Below, piece after piece: positions 30,170-47,172 of a stretch of DNA of 64,000 bases (its first letter is position 1; every line of letters starts with the position of its first letter). Below the pieces are notes generated by a model. It saw nothing but the letters and a program-made list of their open reading frames with translations. It was not told the DNA's origin and ran no database searches. The position numbers and the translations under genes are program-made. The stretch lies in NCBI GenBank assembly GCA_963667465.2, contig CAXXDN010000001.1:128001-192000 (forward strand), given 5' to 3'. The DNA is from Dehalococcoidia bacterium (GTDB lineage: Bacteria > Chloroflexota > Dehalococcoidia > UBA2979).

Positions 30170-31044
30170 GGCTGCGCCTCCGGCGTCACGCCCAGCTCGG
30201 CGAGCGCCTGCTCGTACTGCTCCGGCGAGGGCGGCGCGCCGTGGAAGCCGGGGTTGTCCTCCATGAAGGAGACGCCGCGCCCCTTCACGGTGTCGAAGAT
30301 CACGCAGGCGGGCTGGCCACTCACCTCGGTGGCCCAGCGCAGCGCCTCCTCGACGGCGCCGGTGTTGTGCCCGTCCACGCCGCTGCGCACGGCCCAGCCG
30401 AAGGACTCGTACTTGCGGTCGAGCGGCTCGGTCACCATCGTCGAGGCGGTGTGGCCGTCGTTCTGGATGCCGTTCTTGTCGATCAGCGCGATCAGGCCCT
30501 CGGCGGCGTGATGCGAGGCCGCCATCGCGGCCTCCCAGACCTGGCCTTCGTTCTGCTCGCCGTCACCCATCAGCACCCAGACGCGCGTGCCGGAGCCGGC
30601 GAGTCGCGCCGAGAGCCGCATCCCGAGGCCGAACGAGAGCCCCATGCCCAGCGAGCCGGCGCTGTTCTCCACTCCCGGCGGCTTCCCGAGCACGGAGTGC
30701 CCCTGCAGCCGCGTGCCCTTCGTGCGGAAGGTGCTCAACTCCTCGACGGGGAAGTAGCCGAGCTCGGCGAGCAGCGCGTACTGCACGGGCGTGGCGTGGC
30801 CCTTGCTCATCACGAAGCGGTCGCGCTCCGGCCAGTCCGGCTGCTGCGGATCCTGGCGCATGATCCTCGTGTAGAGCACGGACATGATCTCGGCGGCGGA
30901 CATCGAGCCGCCGATGTGGCCGGAGCTGGCCTCGAAGACCATGCGCACAATGTGCTGGCGGACGCGCCGGATCAGCGCATCGAGATCAGCGTCGTCAGTG
31001 GCGAAACTGGTCCCATCGGGACCGCGCTCTGTGTCGGTGACCAT
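30166..31044 (-). CDS. Transketolase, N-terminal subunit
   Basis: SGHIGGS, DRFVMSKGHA, GDGE..EGQVWEA and TVKGRG motifs. Confidence 0.92.
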   Translation of the reverse strand: MVTDTERGPDGTSFATDDADLDALIRRVRQHIVRMVFEASSGHIGGSMSAAEIMSVLYTRIMRQDPQQPDWPERDRFVMSKGHATPVQYALLAELGYFPVEELSTFRTKGTRLQGHSVLGKPPGVENSAGSLGMGLSFGLGMRLSARLAGSGTRVWVLMGDGEQNEGQVWEAAMAASHHAAEGLIALIDKNGIQNDGHTASTMVTEPLDRKYESFGWAVRSGVDGHNTGAVEEALRWATEVSGQPACVIFDTVKGRGVSFMEDNPGFHGAPPSPEQYEQALAELGVTPEAQP

Positions 31045-31188
31045 CGCGCCCCTGCGTATCGGGGAGACCCTGCGTTTGCAGGCTGTGGCGCGAGTATACG
31101 CACGCGCAATCCGCAGGCGCTACGCTGCCGCGGGCGTGATCCTCACGCGACCTTCGAGGGTGCTACGAGGCGCAGCCGGAGTAGCCGC

Positions 31189-32367
31189 TCAGGGGCGATC
31201 GAACTCCGGGATGACCTCGCCGACGAGCCGGATGCTCTTCATGATCTTGTCGTGCGTGAGCGGGCCCACCTGGTGCAGCGTCATGAGCCGGTCGATGCCG
31301 ACCTCCTCGTAGAACTTGAAGCCCTCCCGGATCTTGTCCTGGTCGCCAACGATGAGCGACTCCTGGCGGCTGAGGACCTCGAACATCTCGGCCTCGCCCA
31401 CCGCTTCGCCCTCCATGATCCGCCCGATCATGATTGCGGCCTCGCTGGGATCGCTGTGCTCGCGGGCGTACTGGCCGACGAGTCCGCCTCCGGCGGGGTC
31501 GCTCGCGGCGGCCTCCATCTCGCGCGCAACCTCGATGAAGCTCTCGCGCACCTCGAAGAAGGAGAACGCCTCGTTGGTGTACCAGGCGGCGGCGCCCGCG
31601 GCGCCGTTCGCCAGGGCTTCCTCCCTGCTGTCGGCGCCGTGCACGAAGGTGAAGAAGGCGATCTGGTTGTTCTGGAACTCGCCGACCGGGTTCTCACACT
31701 CCTCCGAGGCCTTCCGGTAGATGTCGACCATCCCCTGCACTTCCTCGTGCGAGGCCCAGAGCGTGACGCCGAGCGCCCCGACGCCGTTGCGGCCCGCCTG
31801 CTCGAAGGAGGGGATGCTGCTGCAGGCCTGCCAGAGCGGCGGGTGCGGCTTCTGGTACGGCTTCGGGATGATCGAGACATCGTTGATCTCGTACTGGTCG
31901 CTCTTCCAGGAGAACGTGTCCTGCGTCCACATCTTCGGAACCATCTCGAACGTCTGCTGGAGTTGGTCGCGCGTCGAGTCTGCTTCGATGTTGAACGTGC
32001 GCCACTCCGGGACCGTGCTGCGAGCCATGCCCATCTGCAGGCGACCGTTACTGAGGTGGTCGAGGAAGGCCGCGCGCTCCGCGATGCGGATCGCGTGATT
32101 GAAGCGCGAGGGCGCCAGCACTGCGGCGTGACCGACGTCGATCTGCTGCGTGTTCTGGGCGATGGCGGTCAACATCAGTTCGGGCGCGGAGCTGAAACTG
32201 AACTCGACGGCCGTGTGGTGCTCGACCTCCCACCAGCAGCCGTAGCCCATCTCGTCGGCGAGCTTGGCCTGCTCCAGCGTCTGCTCGAAGAGCCGATGCT
32301 CGTGCTGCCCATCGTCGCCCCAGAGCGACCTCGGGTACTGCATCTCGGAAAAGATGTCGATCTTCAT
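31189..32367 (-). CDS. LLM-class flavin-dependent oxidoreductase
   Basis: W.VEHH, IAERAAFLDHLSNGR and PKPYQKPHPPLW motifs. Confidence 0.9.
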   Translation of the reverse strand: MKIDIFSEMQYPRSLWGDDGQHEHRLFEQTLEQAKLADEMGYGCWWEVEHHTAVEFSFSSAPELMLTAIAQNTQQIDVGHAAVLAPSRFNHAIRIAERAAFLDHLSNGRLQMGMARSTVPEWRTFNIEADSTRDQLQQTFEMVPKMWTQDTFSWKSDQYEINDVSIIPKPYQKPHPPLWQACSSIPSFEQAGRNGVGALGVTLWASHEEVQGMVDIYRKASEECENPVGEFQNNQIAFFTFVHGADSREEALANGAAGAAAWYTNEAFSFFEVRESFIEVAREMEAAASDPAGGGLVGQYAREHSDPSEAAIMIGRIMEGEAVGEAEMFEVLSRQESLIVGDQDKIREGFKFYEEVGIDRLMTLHQVGPLTHDKIMKSIRLVGEVIPEFDRP

Positions 32368-32424
32368 CGCGTCGCCTCCCGACTATGGGCACGGGCACCT
32401 GGCGCCCTCGCCGGAGAGGCTACG

Positions 32425-32631
32425 CTACGAGGCGCAACCGGAGTAGCCGCAGACGGGACAAAGCGAGCAGCCCTCGCCAAAGGCGAGGGGGCCGGCGCAG
32501 TCCGGGCAGCGCGGCCCGAAGGCAGGCATCCGGCGCAGCCGCCGCCCCGGCGCCGGCTGGCCCGCAACCCGGGCCGCACCGCCCGCCCCCTCCGCCACCG
32601 TGCGATCGACTGGAGCAAGTGTGGTGACCAT
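32425..32631 (-). CDS. 68-aa stand-alone zinc ribbon resembling the NrdJ C-terminus
   Basis: CPDCAGPLAFGEGCSLCPVCGYSGC. GAGGT RBS. Confidence 0.7.
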   Translation of the reverse strand: MVTTLAPVDRTVAEGAGGAARVAGQPAPGRRLRRMPAFGPRCPDCAGPLAFGEGCSLCPVCGYSGCAS

Positions 32632-32646
32632 CGCGATACCTCGTAG

Positions 32647-32695
32647 CGAACATGCGTTCCTGAGCAAGTATCCCAAGAACACGCGTGCTAGTCAA
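32647..32695 (-). promoter_or_regulatory. Sigma70-type promoter with two LexA (GAAC-N4-GTTC) boxes
   Basis: GAACATGCGTTC at 32648-32659 and GAACACGCGTGC at 32677-32688. Minus-strand TTGACT-17 nt-GATACT. Confidence 0.7.
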
Positions 32696-32751
32696 GCCAA
32701 CGCATCCCCCTCGCGCGGGTGCTTGGCGCCACGCTCGGCTAGGATTCGGGC

Positions 32752-32931
32752 ATGGCCCGCTACCTCTTCTTTGCCCTGATCGCGAGCGGACTCGCGATCG
32801 CCTGGCTGGCGCTCATGCAGCCGAGGCGACTGCGTAGCCTCGGGAAGCACGCGCGCACGCTCGGCTACGCCTACGTCGCCGCGATCCTGATCGGTTCGGC
32901 GCTGCGGTTGCTCTTCGGCTGGGGCACCTGA
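32752..32931 (+). CDS. 59-aa two-TM membrane protein (below the ORF track cutoff)
   Basis: MARYLFFALIASGLAIAWLALMQPRRLRSLGKHARTLGYAYVAAILIGSALRLLFGWGT. TAGGAT lies 6 nt upstream, and the ORF ends 4 nt before the glycerate kinase start. Confidence 0.7.
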   Translation: MARYLFFALIASGLAIAWLALMQPRRLRSLGKHARTLGYAYVAAILIGSALRLLFGWGT

Positions 32932-32935
32932 GCGC

Positions 32936-34075
32936 GTGCGGCTCCTCGTCTGCCCGCAAGAGTTCAAGGGCTCCCTGACCGCGCCCGAGGCCGCCGCCGC
33001 GATCGCCGCGGGCGCTCGCCGCGCACCGGGCGTCACGGACGTCCGCACGCTCCCCCTCGCCGACGGCGGCCCCGGCACTGCGGCGATCGTCGCCGCGGCG
33101 ACCGGAGGCGAGCTCGTAACCGCCGAGGTGACCGGCCCCCTCGGCGACCGCATTGGGGCGCGCTACGCACTGCTGCCGGACATCGCCGGCGGCCCGCCCA
33201 CCGCGCTGATCGAGTCGGCCGCGGCCGCCGGGCTCGTACTCGTCCCGCCGGACCTGCGCGACCCCGGCCACGCGACCAGCTACGGCGTCGGCGAGCTGAT
33301 CCGCGACGCCGTCGACCGCGGCGCGCGCTCGCTCATCGTCGGCGTCGGCGGCACCGCCACCAACGACGGCGGGGCGGGCGCCGCCCAGGCGCTCGGCTAC
33401 CGCCTGCTCGACCGCAATCGAGGTCCGCTGCCCGAGCCGGCGGGCGGCATCCACCTGCTCAACGTCTTCGTGCTCGACAGCTCCGGGGTCGACCGGCGCC
33501 TCGCGGACGTCGATCTGCGCGTCGCCGTCGATGTCACGAACCCGCTGCTCGGCGAGGAAGGCGCAACGTACGTCTACGGCCCGCAGAAGGGCGTCGCCGG
33601 CGAGCTGGGCGAGATGCTCGAGGACGCGCTCGGGCGCTGGGCGCGCACCGTGCGCCACGACCTCGGCGTCGAACTGACGGACCTGCCCGGCGGCGGCGCG
33701 GGTGGCGGCCTCGCCGCCGGCCTGATCGGCGCGGTCGGCGGCGGGATCGAGTCCGGCGCGGCGCTCGTCGCAGACGCGGTCGGCCTCGACGCGGCGATCG
33801 AGGCCGCCGATTTCGTCGTCACCGGCGAGGGCTCGCTCGACGCGCAGACAACCTTCGGCAAGACCGTCGCACACGTGATCGAGCGCTGCGCCTCCCTCGG
33901 ACGGCCCTGCCTCGCCGTCGCGGGCGCGGCGAGCGGCAGTCCCGAGGGCGTCGCCGACCTCGAGGTGCTCGCGGGCGGGGGCGTCACGGAGGCGGAGGCG
34001 CTGGCCCGCGCGGCGGACCTGGCCGCGGACGCGGCCGAGCGGCTGCTGCGCCGCGTCGCCGCGGGCCGAGACTAG
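32936..34075 (+). CDS. Glycerate kinase
   Basis: FKGSL, LADGG.GT, GGTATNDGG, YGPQKG and TGEGSLD.QT..GK motifs. Confidence 0.92.
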   Translation: MRLLVCPQEFKGSLTAPEAAAAIAAGARRAPGVTDVRTLPLADGGPGTAAIVAAATGGELVTAEVTGPLGDRIGARYALLPDIAGGPPTALIESAAAAGLVLVPPDLRDPGHATSYGVGELIRDAVDRGARSLIVGVGGTATNDGGAGAAQALGYRLLDRNRGPLPEPAGGIHLLNVFVLDSSGVDRRLADVDLRVAVDVTNPLLGEEGATYVYGPQKGVAGELGEMLEDALGRWARTVRHDLGVELTDLPGGGAGGGLAAGLIGAVGGGIESGAALVADAVGLDAAIEAADFVVTGEGSLDAQTTFGKTVAHVIERCASLGRPCLAVAGAASGSPEGVADLEVLAGGGVTEAEALARAADLAADAAERLLRRVAAGRD

Positions 34076-34434
34076 TCGAGGCCGAGCCGCTCCATCTCGC
34101 GCTCCTCGAACCCGAAGTGGTGCGCCAATTCGTGCAGCACGGTGCGCTGCACCTCGTCCGGGATGTCGCGAGGGTGAAAGGCACGCTCCAGCGGGCCCTG
34201 GAAGATCAGGATCCGGTCCGGCAGCGTCATGTGGTACTCGCCGCGATCGGTCAGCGGCGTACCGACGTAGAGCCCGAACAGCGTCGAGCCGGGCTCGACC
34301 CCGGCGTCCTCGAGATCCTCGGTGCTGGGCTCGCGCTCGATCACGATCGCGACGTTGTTGAGGTAGGCGTCGATCTCCGGCGGCAGCGCGTCGAGCGCTC
34401 GCTGGACCAGGCGGCGAAAGCGGGAACGCTCCAC
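34072..34434 (-). CDS. Zincin_1 (DUF1025) minimal metallopeptidase
   Basis: LFGLY.GTPL..R, PDRI.IFQ and HELAHHFG motifs. Confidence 0.88.
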   Translation of the reverse strand: MERSRFRRLVQRALDALPPEIDAYLNNVAIVIEREPSTEDLEDAGVEPGSTLFGLYVGTPLTDRGEYHMTLPDRILIFQGPLERAFHPRDIPDEVQRTVLHELAHHFGFEEREMERLGLD

Positions 34435-34532
34435 GTGGCGCAGTCTACAACGCAGCCTGCAACGGCGAGCCCGGACGCCCCCCGCCGGCCGCGGCTCGCC
34501 TTTTCCTCCCCTGACTTGCGACAATCGAGGGG

Positions 34533-35669
34533 ATGAGAGGCTTCACGCCTGCCCCGCACATCCGTGTCGCGCTGTACGCCGCGCTGCTGGCGCTGCTCGC
34601 GCTCGCCAACGCGGGTTGCCGCGTCGAGCGCGTCGACGAGCCCAGCTTCACGGCGACGCCGATCCCCGAGGCCGGCGAACCGCGCCCGTTCCGGCTTGGC
34701 TTCTCCTCGCTGCCCTCGCGCCTCGCCGACGCCGCCTACGTCGAGGCGCTCGACCTCACGGCGCTGTACGGCGACCTGCTGCTGATCCAGCGCAGTCCCA
34801 CCTGGGCCGAGTTCCTGCCCGGCGTCGCGCCTTCCGAGGAGCTGCGCGAACTGACGCAGCGCGAGGCGCACGCCATCGAGGAGCGCAACCTGACGCTCTT
34901 CTACGCACTCGATCCGTACGCTCCCGCGGATCGCGGCCGCCTCGCGGCGCTGCCCGACGGCTACGCGGGAGCGGGGCTGCTGAACCCCGATCTGCGCGCC
35001 GCCCTCGTCGCCGAGGCCCGCTTCGTCGCCGGCGCCTTCCAGCCCGCCTACCTCGCGTTCGGCATCGAGGTGAACGCCACGTTCGATCGCTCGGCTGCCG
35101 AGTACGAGGCCTACCTCGGCGTCTACCGCGAGGTCTACGACGTGGTGAAGCAGCTCAGCCCCGGGACGCTGGTCTTCCCCACGTTCCAGTACGAGCAGTT
35201 GCTGGGCGTGACGCCCTGGGAGGTCGCACACCCGCCGCGCTGGGAGCGGCTGGCGGACTTCGGCGAGCGCCTGGACGTGGTGGCGATCGCGACCTTCCCC
35301 TCGCTCGTCCATGCGGTCGCGAAGGCGATCCCGGGGGACTACTACTCGCAGCTGCGAGACCACACGGACCTGCCGATCGCCTTCGCGGCGACCGGATTCT
35401 CGTCTGGCCCCGGCCCCGGGGGAACCAACTCCTCGACGCCCGAGGAGCAGCGTCGCTACCTCCAGCGGCTGTTGGCGGACGCCGAGGCGCTGCAGTCGCC
35501 GTTCGTGGTCTGGTACGCGAGCCGCGATCCGCAGTTCGTCTCCGATCTGCCCATCGAGCTGCTCAGGAGCAGCGGCCTGCTGGACACGGCGGGACAGCCG
35601 AAGGAGGCCTGGCGCGTCTGGGCGGAGGCAGCCCGGCGCCCCCACCGCGCGCCCGCCGACGCGCCGTAG
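34533..35669 (+). CDS. Putative lipoprotein with a glycoside-hydrolase-like TIM barrel
   Basis: Signal peptide ending LANAGC, then GIEVN, TFQYE and GL.D..G.PK.AW..W. Confidence 0.6.
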   Translation: MRGFTPAPHIRVALYAALLALLALANAGCRVERVDEPSFTATPIPEAGEPRPFRLGFSSLPSRLADAAYVEALDLTALYGDLLLIQRSPTWAEFLPGVAPSEELRELTQREAHAIEERNLTLFYALDPYAPADRGRLAALPDGYAGAGLLNPDLRAALVAEARFVAGAFQPAYLAFGIEVNATFDRSAAEYEAYLGVYREVYDVVKQLSPGTLVFPTFQYEQLLGVTPWEVAHPPRWERLADFGERLDVVAIATFPSLVHAVAKAIPGDYYSQLRDHTDLPIAFAATGFSSGPGPGGTNSSTPEEQRRYLQRLLADAEALQSPFVVWYASRDPQFVSDLPIELLRSSGLLDTAGQPKEAWRVWAEAARRPHRAPADAP

Positions 35670-35705
35670 CGCACGATCTGCAGGCGCGGCGCGCCAAATG
35701 CAGAT

Positions 35706-35914
35706 TTGGCAAGCAATCCGCGGTGCGGTACGCTTTCATATCTGTGCCTGGTGGGGTAAACTTGTGGCTGCGTTGGGCGCGGCAATACCACATCTACTGA
35801 CCGACAGCGAACTCCGGTCACGCCGGGGGCGCACGTGTGCGGCCCCGGTATGTGCATGCGTCGCGGCCCCACCACGCCCGATGAACCCTGGTGATTAGTC
35901 GGAGGAGTCGCTCC
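35706..35914 (+). promoter_or_regulatory. rpoB promoter and structured 5' leader
   Basis: TTGGCA (35706)-17 nt-TACGCT (35729), nested stems and a GGAGGAG RBS at 35901. Confidence 0.6.
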
Positions 35915-44081
<8,167 letters not shown>

Positions 44082-44127
44082 CGACGGCCGCGGGGTATCC
44101 CGCGGCGCAAATCGCGCTACGCGAACA

Positions 44128-44156
44128 GCGGGAGGGCTTCGGCCCTCCCGTTTCTC
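44128..44156 (+). terminator. Intrinsic terminator after rpoC
   Basis: GCGGGAGGGC-TTCG-GCCCTCCCGT followed by TTCTC. Confidence 0.85.
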
Positions 44157-44196
44157 GTCCGCAACGCCGCCTGCGACAGCTGTGGGAGCGTGCGGG

Positions 44197-44913
44197 TTAC
44201 AGGTCCTTGCGGCGGAACCAGGCCATCCCGAACATCGTGGCGAGCACCGAGAGGACGCCGAAGACGACCAGCACGCGGAGCTGCTCGGCGACGGACACCT
44301 CGCCGCGGAACGTCTCGGGCAGACCACTGACCACGCCGGTCGTGCTCATCCAGTCCAGGGCAAGGAACTGGAACACCGCGCCGGACGCCACGGTGGAAAC
44401 CAGCACCGTCAGCACGGAGGCCAGCATGTTGCGGAAGATCGCCGACAGCGCGATCCCGAAGGCCGCGAGGAAGACAAGCAGCGAGGCCACCGTCAGCAGC
44501 CCCCAGACGATCCCCTCGATCGTCGCGTCGTCGACCGCGAAGCGGAGCACCAGGTACACCAGCGGCACGGTCACTGCGACGTAGACGGCCAGGAACACTC
44601 CGACGCGCGCCGTGAACTTCGACCAGATGTAGGCCCGGCGCGTCACCGACCTCGAGAGGATCGAGTCCGCGACGACGTCTGCCTCACCGTTGACCGCGCT
44701 CGCGGAGAGCACCGCGACCACCAGCCAGGAGAGCGGCGCCAGCACGGCCGCCACGTAGGCGGCCAGCGTCTCCGAGGCGAGTTCCCGCTGGTTCGCGGCG
44801 ACCACCACGAAAAAGCCCGCCGGCCCGACCAGCAACAGGATCCAGATGCGGACCAGCCAGGAGCGCGCCAGTTGCTCCATGTCGAGCCGGAGCAGATAGA
44901 GGTAGGCCTGCAT
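44197..44913 (-). CDS. ABC-2 type transporter permease
   Basis: About six hydrophobic helices with an LSRSVTR..YIWSKF motif. Coupled to the ATPase gene. Confidence 0.8.
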   Translation of the reverse strand: MQAYLYLLRLDMEQLARSWLVRIWILLLVGPAGFFVVVAANQRELASETLAAYVAAVLAPLSWLVVAVLSASAVNGEADVVADSILSRSVTRRAYIWSKFTARVGVFLAVYVAVTVPLVYLVLRFAVDDATIEGIVWGLLTVASLLVFLAAFGIALSAIFRNMLASVLTVLVSTVASGAVFQFLALDWMSTTGVVSGLPETFRGEVSVAEQLRVLVVFGVLSVLATMFGMAWFRRKDL

Positions 44914-46103
44914 CAGGCGGCCCCGCTATGAGAACCATCCCCGCGACCCGGCTCCTCGGTGCCGGGCTGCCCTGCGCCGTCCTCCGCGACCCAGTCCGGA
45001 GCTCGCAGCAGGCTGCGCGAACGGTCCTCCTCGAGGCGGCGCAGGAACGCCTCCTCCACCTCGTGGGTGCCGGTGTCGAGCCTCAGTAACTCGACGCCGC
45101 TGCGCTCCACCAGCTCGAGCAGGCGCTTCAGGTACTCGGTGACCGCACCGCCGCCGAGGAAGGTGATCCGGACCTCCGGGCCGGCGCGCTCCCAGCGCAC
45201 CGAGCCGGGCTCGTCCAGCTCCGGGATCCTCCGCTCGAAGGAGGCGACATTGCCCTCGATCTCGACGGTGATCGAGTTCTGCCGCGCGAGCCGCCGCATC
45301 TCCGCCATTTGCCCGTCGTAGATCAGCCGCCCCTGCGCGATCACCCCGACGTCTGTGCAGACCCGTTCCACGTCGTTGAGGATGTGCGTGGCGATGATGA
45401 TCGTGCGGTCGCGTCCCGACAGCTCGCGGATCAACTCGATCATCTGCCTGCGCCCGGGCGGGTCGAGGCCGTAGGTCGGCTCATCCAGCACCAGCAACTC
45501 GGGATCGTTCATCAGCGCCGCGGCGATGCCGAGCCGCGTCTCCATGCCGGTCGAGAAGCCCTCGATGCGCTGCGAGGCGACATCGGAGAGATCGACGGAT
45601 TGCAGCAGCGTCGTCATGCGGATCTTCGCGCGCTCGGACGGCAACCCGACGATCTTGCCGACGAACTCGAGGTAGGAGATCGGCGTCATGTAACGCGGGA
45701 ACACCGGGGCCGTCGGCAGGAAGCCAATCCGCCGCCGCAGCTCGGCGCTCTCGGCACGCATCGGGCGGCCCAGCACCCTGATCTCGCCGGCGGTCGGCCG
45801 TTGCAGGCCGAGCATGAGGCGGAACACCGTCGACTTGCCGGCCCCGTTCGGGCCGACGAGGCCGTACACGGAGTTCTTGCGCACGCGCATGTTGAGCGCG
45901 TTGAGGGCGATGTAGCGGTTGTCGTAGATCTTCGTGAGGTCGTGCGCCTCGATGGCGTAGCTCGGTCCGGCCCGGCGGCCGGCCAACTCGGTCGCGATGG
46001 GCGGCGCGTCCTCGCCGGGAGCCTGGGCCCGACCGCCGTTCGCGCTCTCGCCGGCGCGGACCGCCCTGAGCGATCGCCGCAGTGAGGATGGCGCAAGCTT
46101 CAT
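44913..46103 (-). CDS. ABC transporter ATP-binding protein
   Basis: GPNGAGKST, FSTGM, LVLDEPT and ATH motifs. Start position is uncertain. Confidence 0.9.
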   Translation of the reverse strand: MKLAPSSLRRSLRAVRAGESANGGRAQAPGEDAPPIATELAGRRAGPSYAIEAHDLTKIYDNRYIALNALNMRVRKNSVYGLVGPNGAGKSTVFRLMLGLQRPTAGEIRVLGRPMRAESAELRRRIGFLPTAPVFPRYMTPISYLEFVGKIVGLPSERAKIRMTTLLQSVDLSDVASQRIEGFSTGMETRLGIAAALMNDPELLVLDEPTYGLDPPGRRQMIELIRELSGRDRTIIIATHILNDVERVCTDVGVIAQGRLIYDGQMAEMRRLARQNSITVEIEGNVASFERRIPELDEPGSVRWERAGPEVRITFLGGGAVTEYLKRLLELVERSGVELLRLDTGTHEVEEAFLRRLEEDRSRSLLRAPDWVAEDGAGQPGTEEPGRGDGSHSGAA

Positions 46104-46266
46104 CGCACGCTCCGCACCCTCGCCACTGCCAACGTGCGCCGTCGTATGCCGCGACACCCCCGCGGCGAGGCGTCGCGGGATCTTACCACTCGGAGACACG
46201 GCCACGGCAGCGGCGGGCGCCGGGGTTGGCCCGGCACGGCTGAATGTGGTTCCCTACACTGCCACG

Positions 46267-46944
46267 ATGCAATCCGTACTGCTGATCAGCGACAACGCCG
46301 ATCATCTGGCGATCGTGCGCGCTGCCCTGCGCGAGGACGGCCACGCCCTGCGCAGCGAATCGACAATCGATCGCGGGCTGATCGCCCTGCGCGAGCAGTC
46401 ACCGGATCTGCTCTGTCTGGACATCAGCAGCGGAGCCGCCGTGAACGGCCTGGGCGCGCTGCTGCGCGACCCGGAGCTGCAGGAAGGGCCTCCGCTGCTC
46501 GCGATCACCGCACGGGAGCAGTTCTACCTCGTCGGTCCCGGCTCCGGCGTGAGCGACGTGATCGCGACGCCGCTCGACCGCGACGAGCTGCAGCTGCGCA
46601 TCTCGCGTCTGGTCTCCGCAGCAAGCGCGGAGGACAGCCAGTTGCTGCGCCGCGGCGAGCTGCTGATCGACCAGGAGCGCTACACCGTCCGGCTCGGCGA
46701 CGATGCCGTCGACCTCACCTACAAGGAGTACGAGCTGCTGCGCTTCCTGGCGCAGAACCCGGGCAAGGCCTTCACCCGCGAGATGCTGCTCAACCAGGTG
46801 TGGGGCTACGACTACTACGGCGGCGCCCGCACCGTGGACGTCCACATCCGCCGCATCCGCGCCAAGATCGAGCGGCACGAGCCCTACATCGAGACGGTCC
46901 GCAACGTCGGCTACCGCTTCGTCGAGGAGCCCCGCTCGCACTAG
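46267..46944 (+). CDS. OmpR-family orphan response regulator, GlnR-like
   Basis: LTYKEYELL..QVWGYDYYGGARTVDVHIRRIRAK. It sits directly before glnA, with no adjacent kinase. Confidence 0.85.
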   Translation: MQSVLLISDNADHLAIVRAALREDGHALRSESTIDRGLIALREQSPDLLCLDISSGAAVNGLGALLRDPELQEGPPLLAITAREQFYLVGPGSGVSDVIATPLDRDELQLRISRLVSAASAEDSQLLRRGELLIDQERYTVRLGDDAVDLTYKEYELLRFLAQNPGKAFTREMLLNQVWGYDYYGGARTVDVHIRRIRAKIERHEPYIETVRNVGYRFVEEPRSH

Positions 46945-47014
46945 CCCGCCCCCGGCGCCGCGCACCGCGTTCGGCCTCCGCCCGAGGTCTCTGCGCGCCC
47001 GCCCCGGGGGCTGC

Positions 47015-47052
47015 GAAACATGCCCGAAACGCGGCGGTAATCCGGGGGTAAT
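47015..47052 (+). promoter_or_regulatory. GlnR-box-like operator
   Basis: GAAAC-N6-GAAAC-N6-GTAAT-N6-GTAAT with 11-bp periodicity. Confidence 0.7.
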
Positions 47053-47172
47053 CGTTCGCTCGTACGCTCATCCTCGAGCGCCGGGAGGCCGTGTGTCTCG
47101 CGGCGCGGTAGGGACGAGCCACGAGTGAATGCAGCGCCAAACGGGGGCTGCACGCGAGAATGGGGGCGACAG

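Noticed and set aside
29219-31044. Transketolase split into two genes as a possible frameshift
   Set aside because: Two-subunit transketolases are common, and both ORFs have proper starts with an ATGA overlap.
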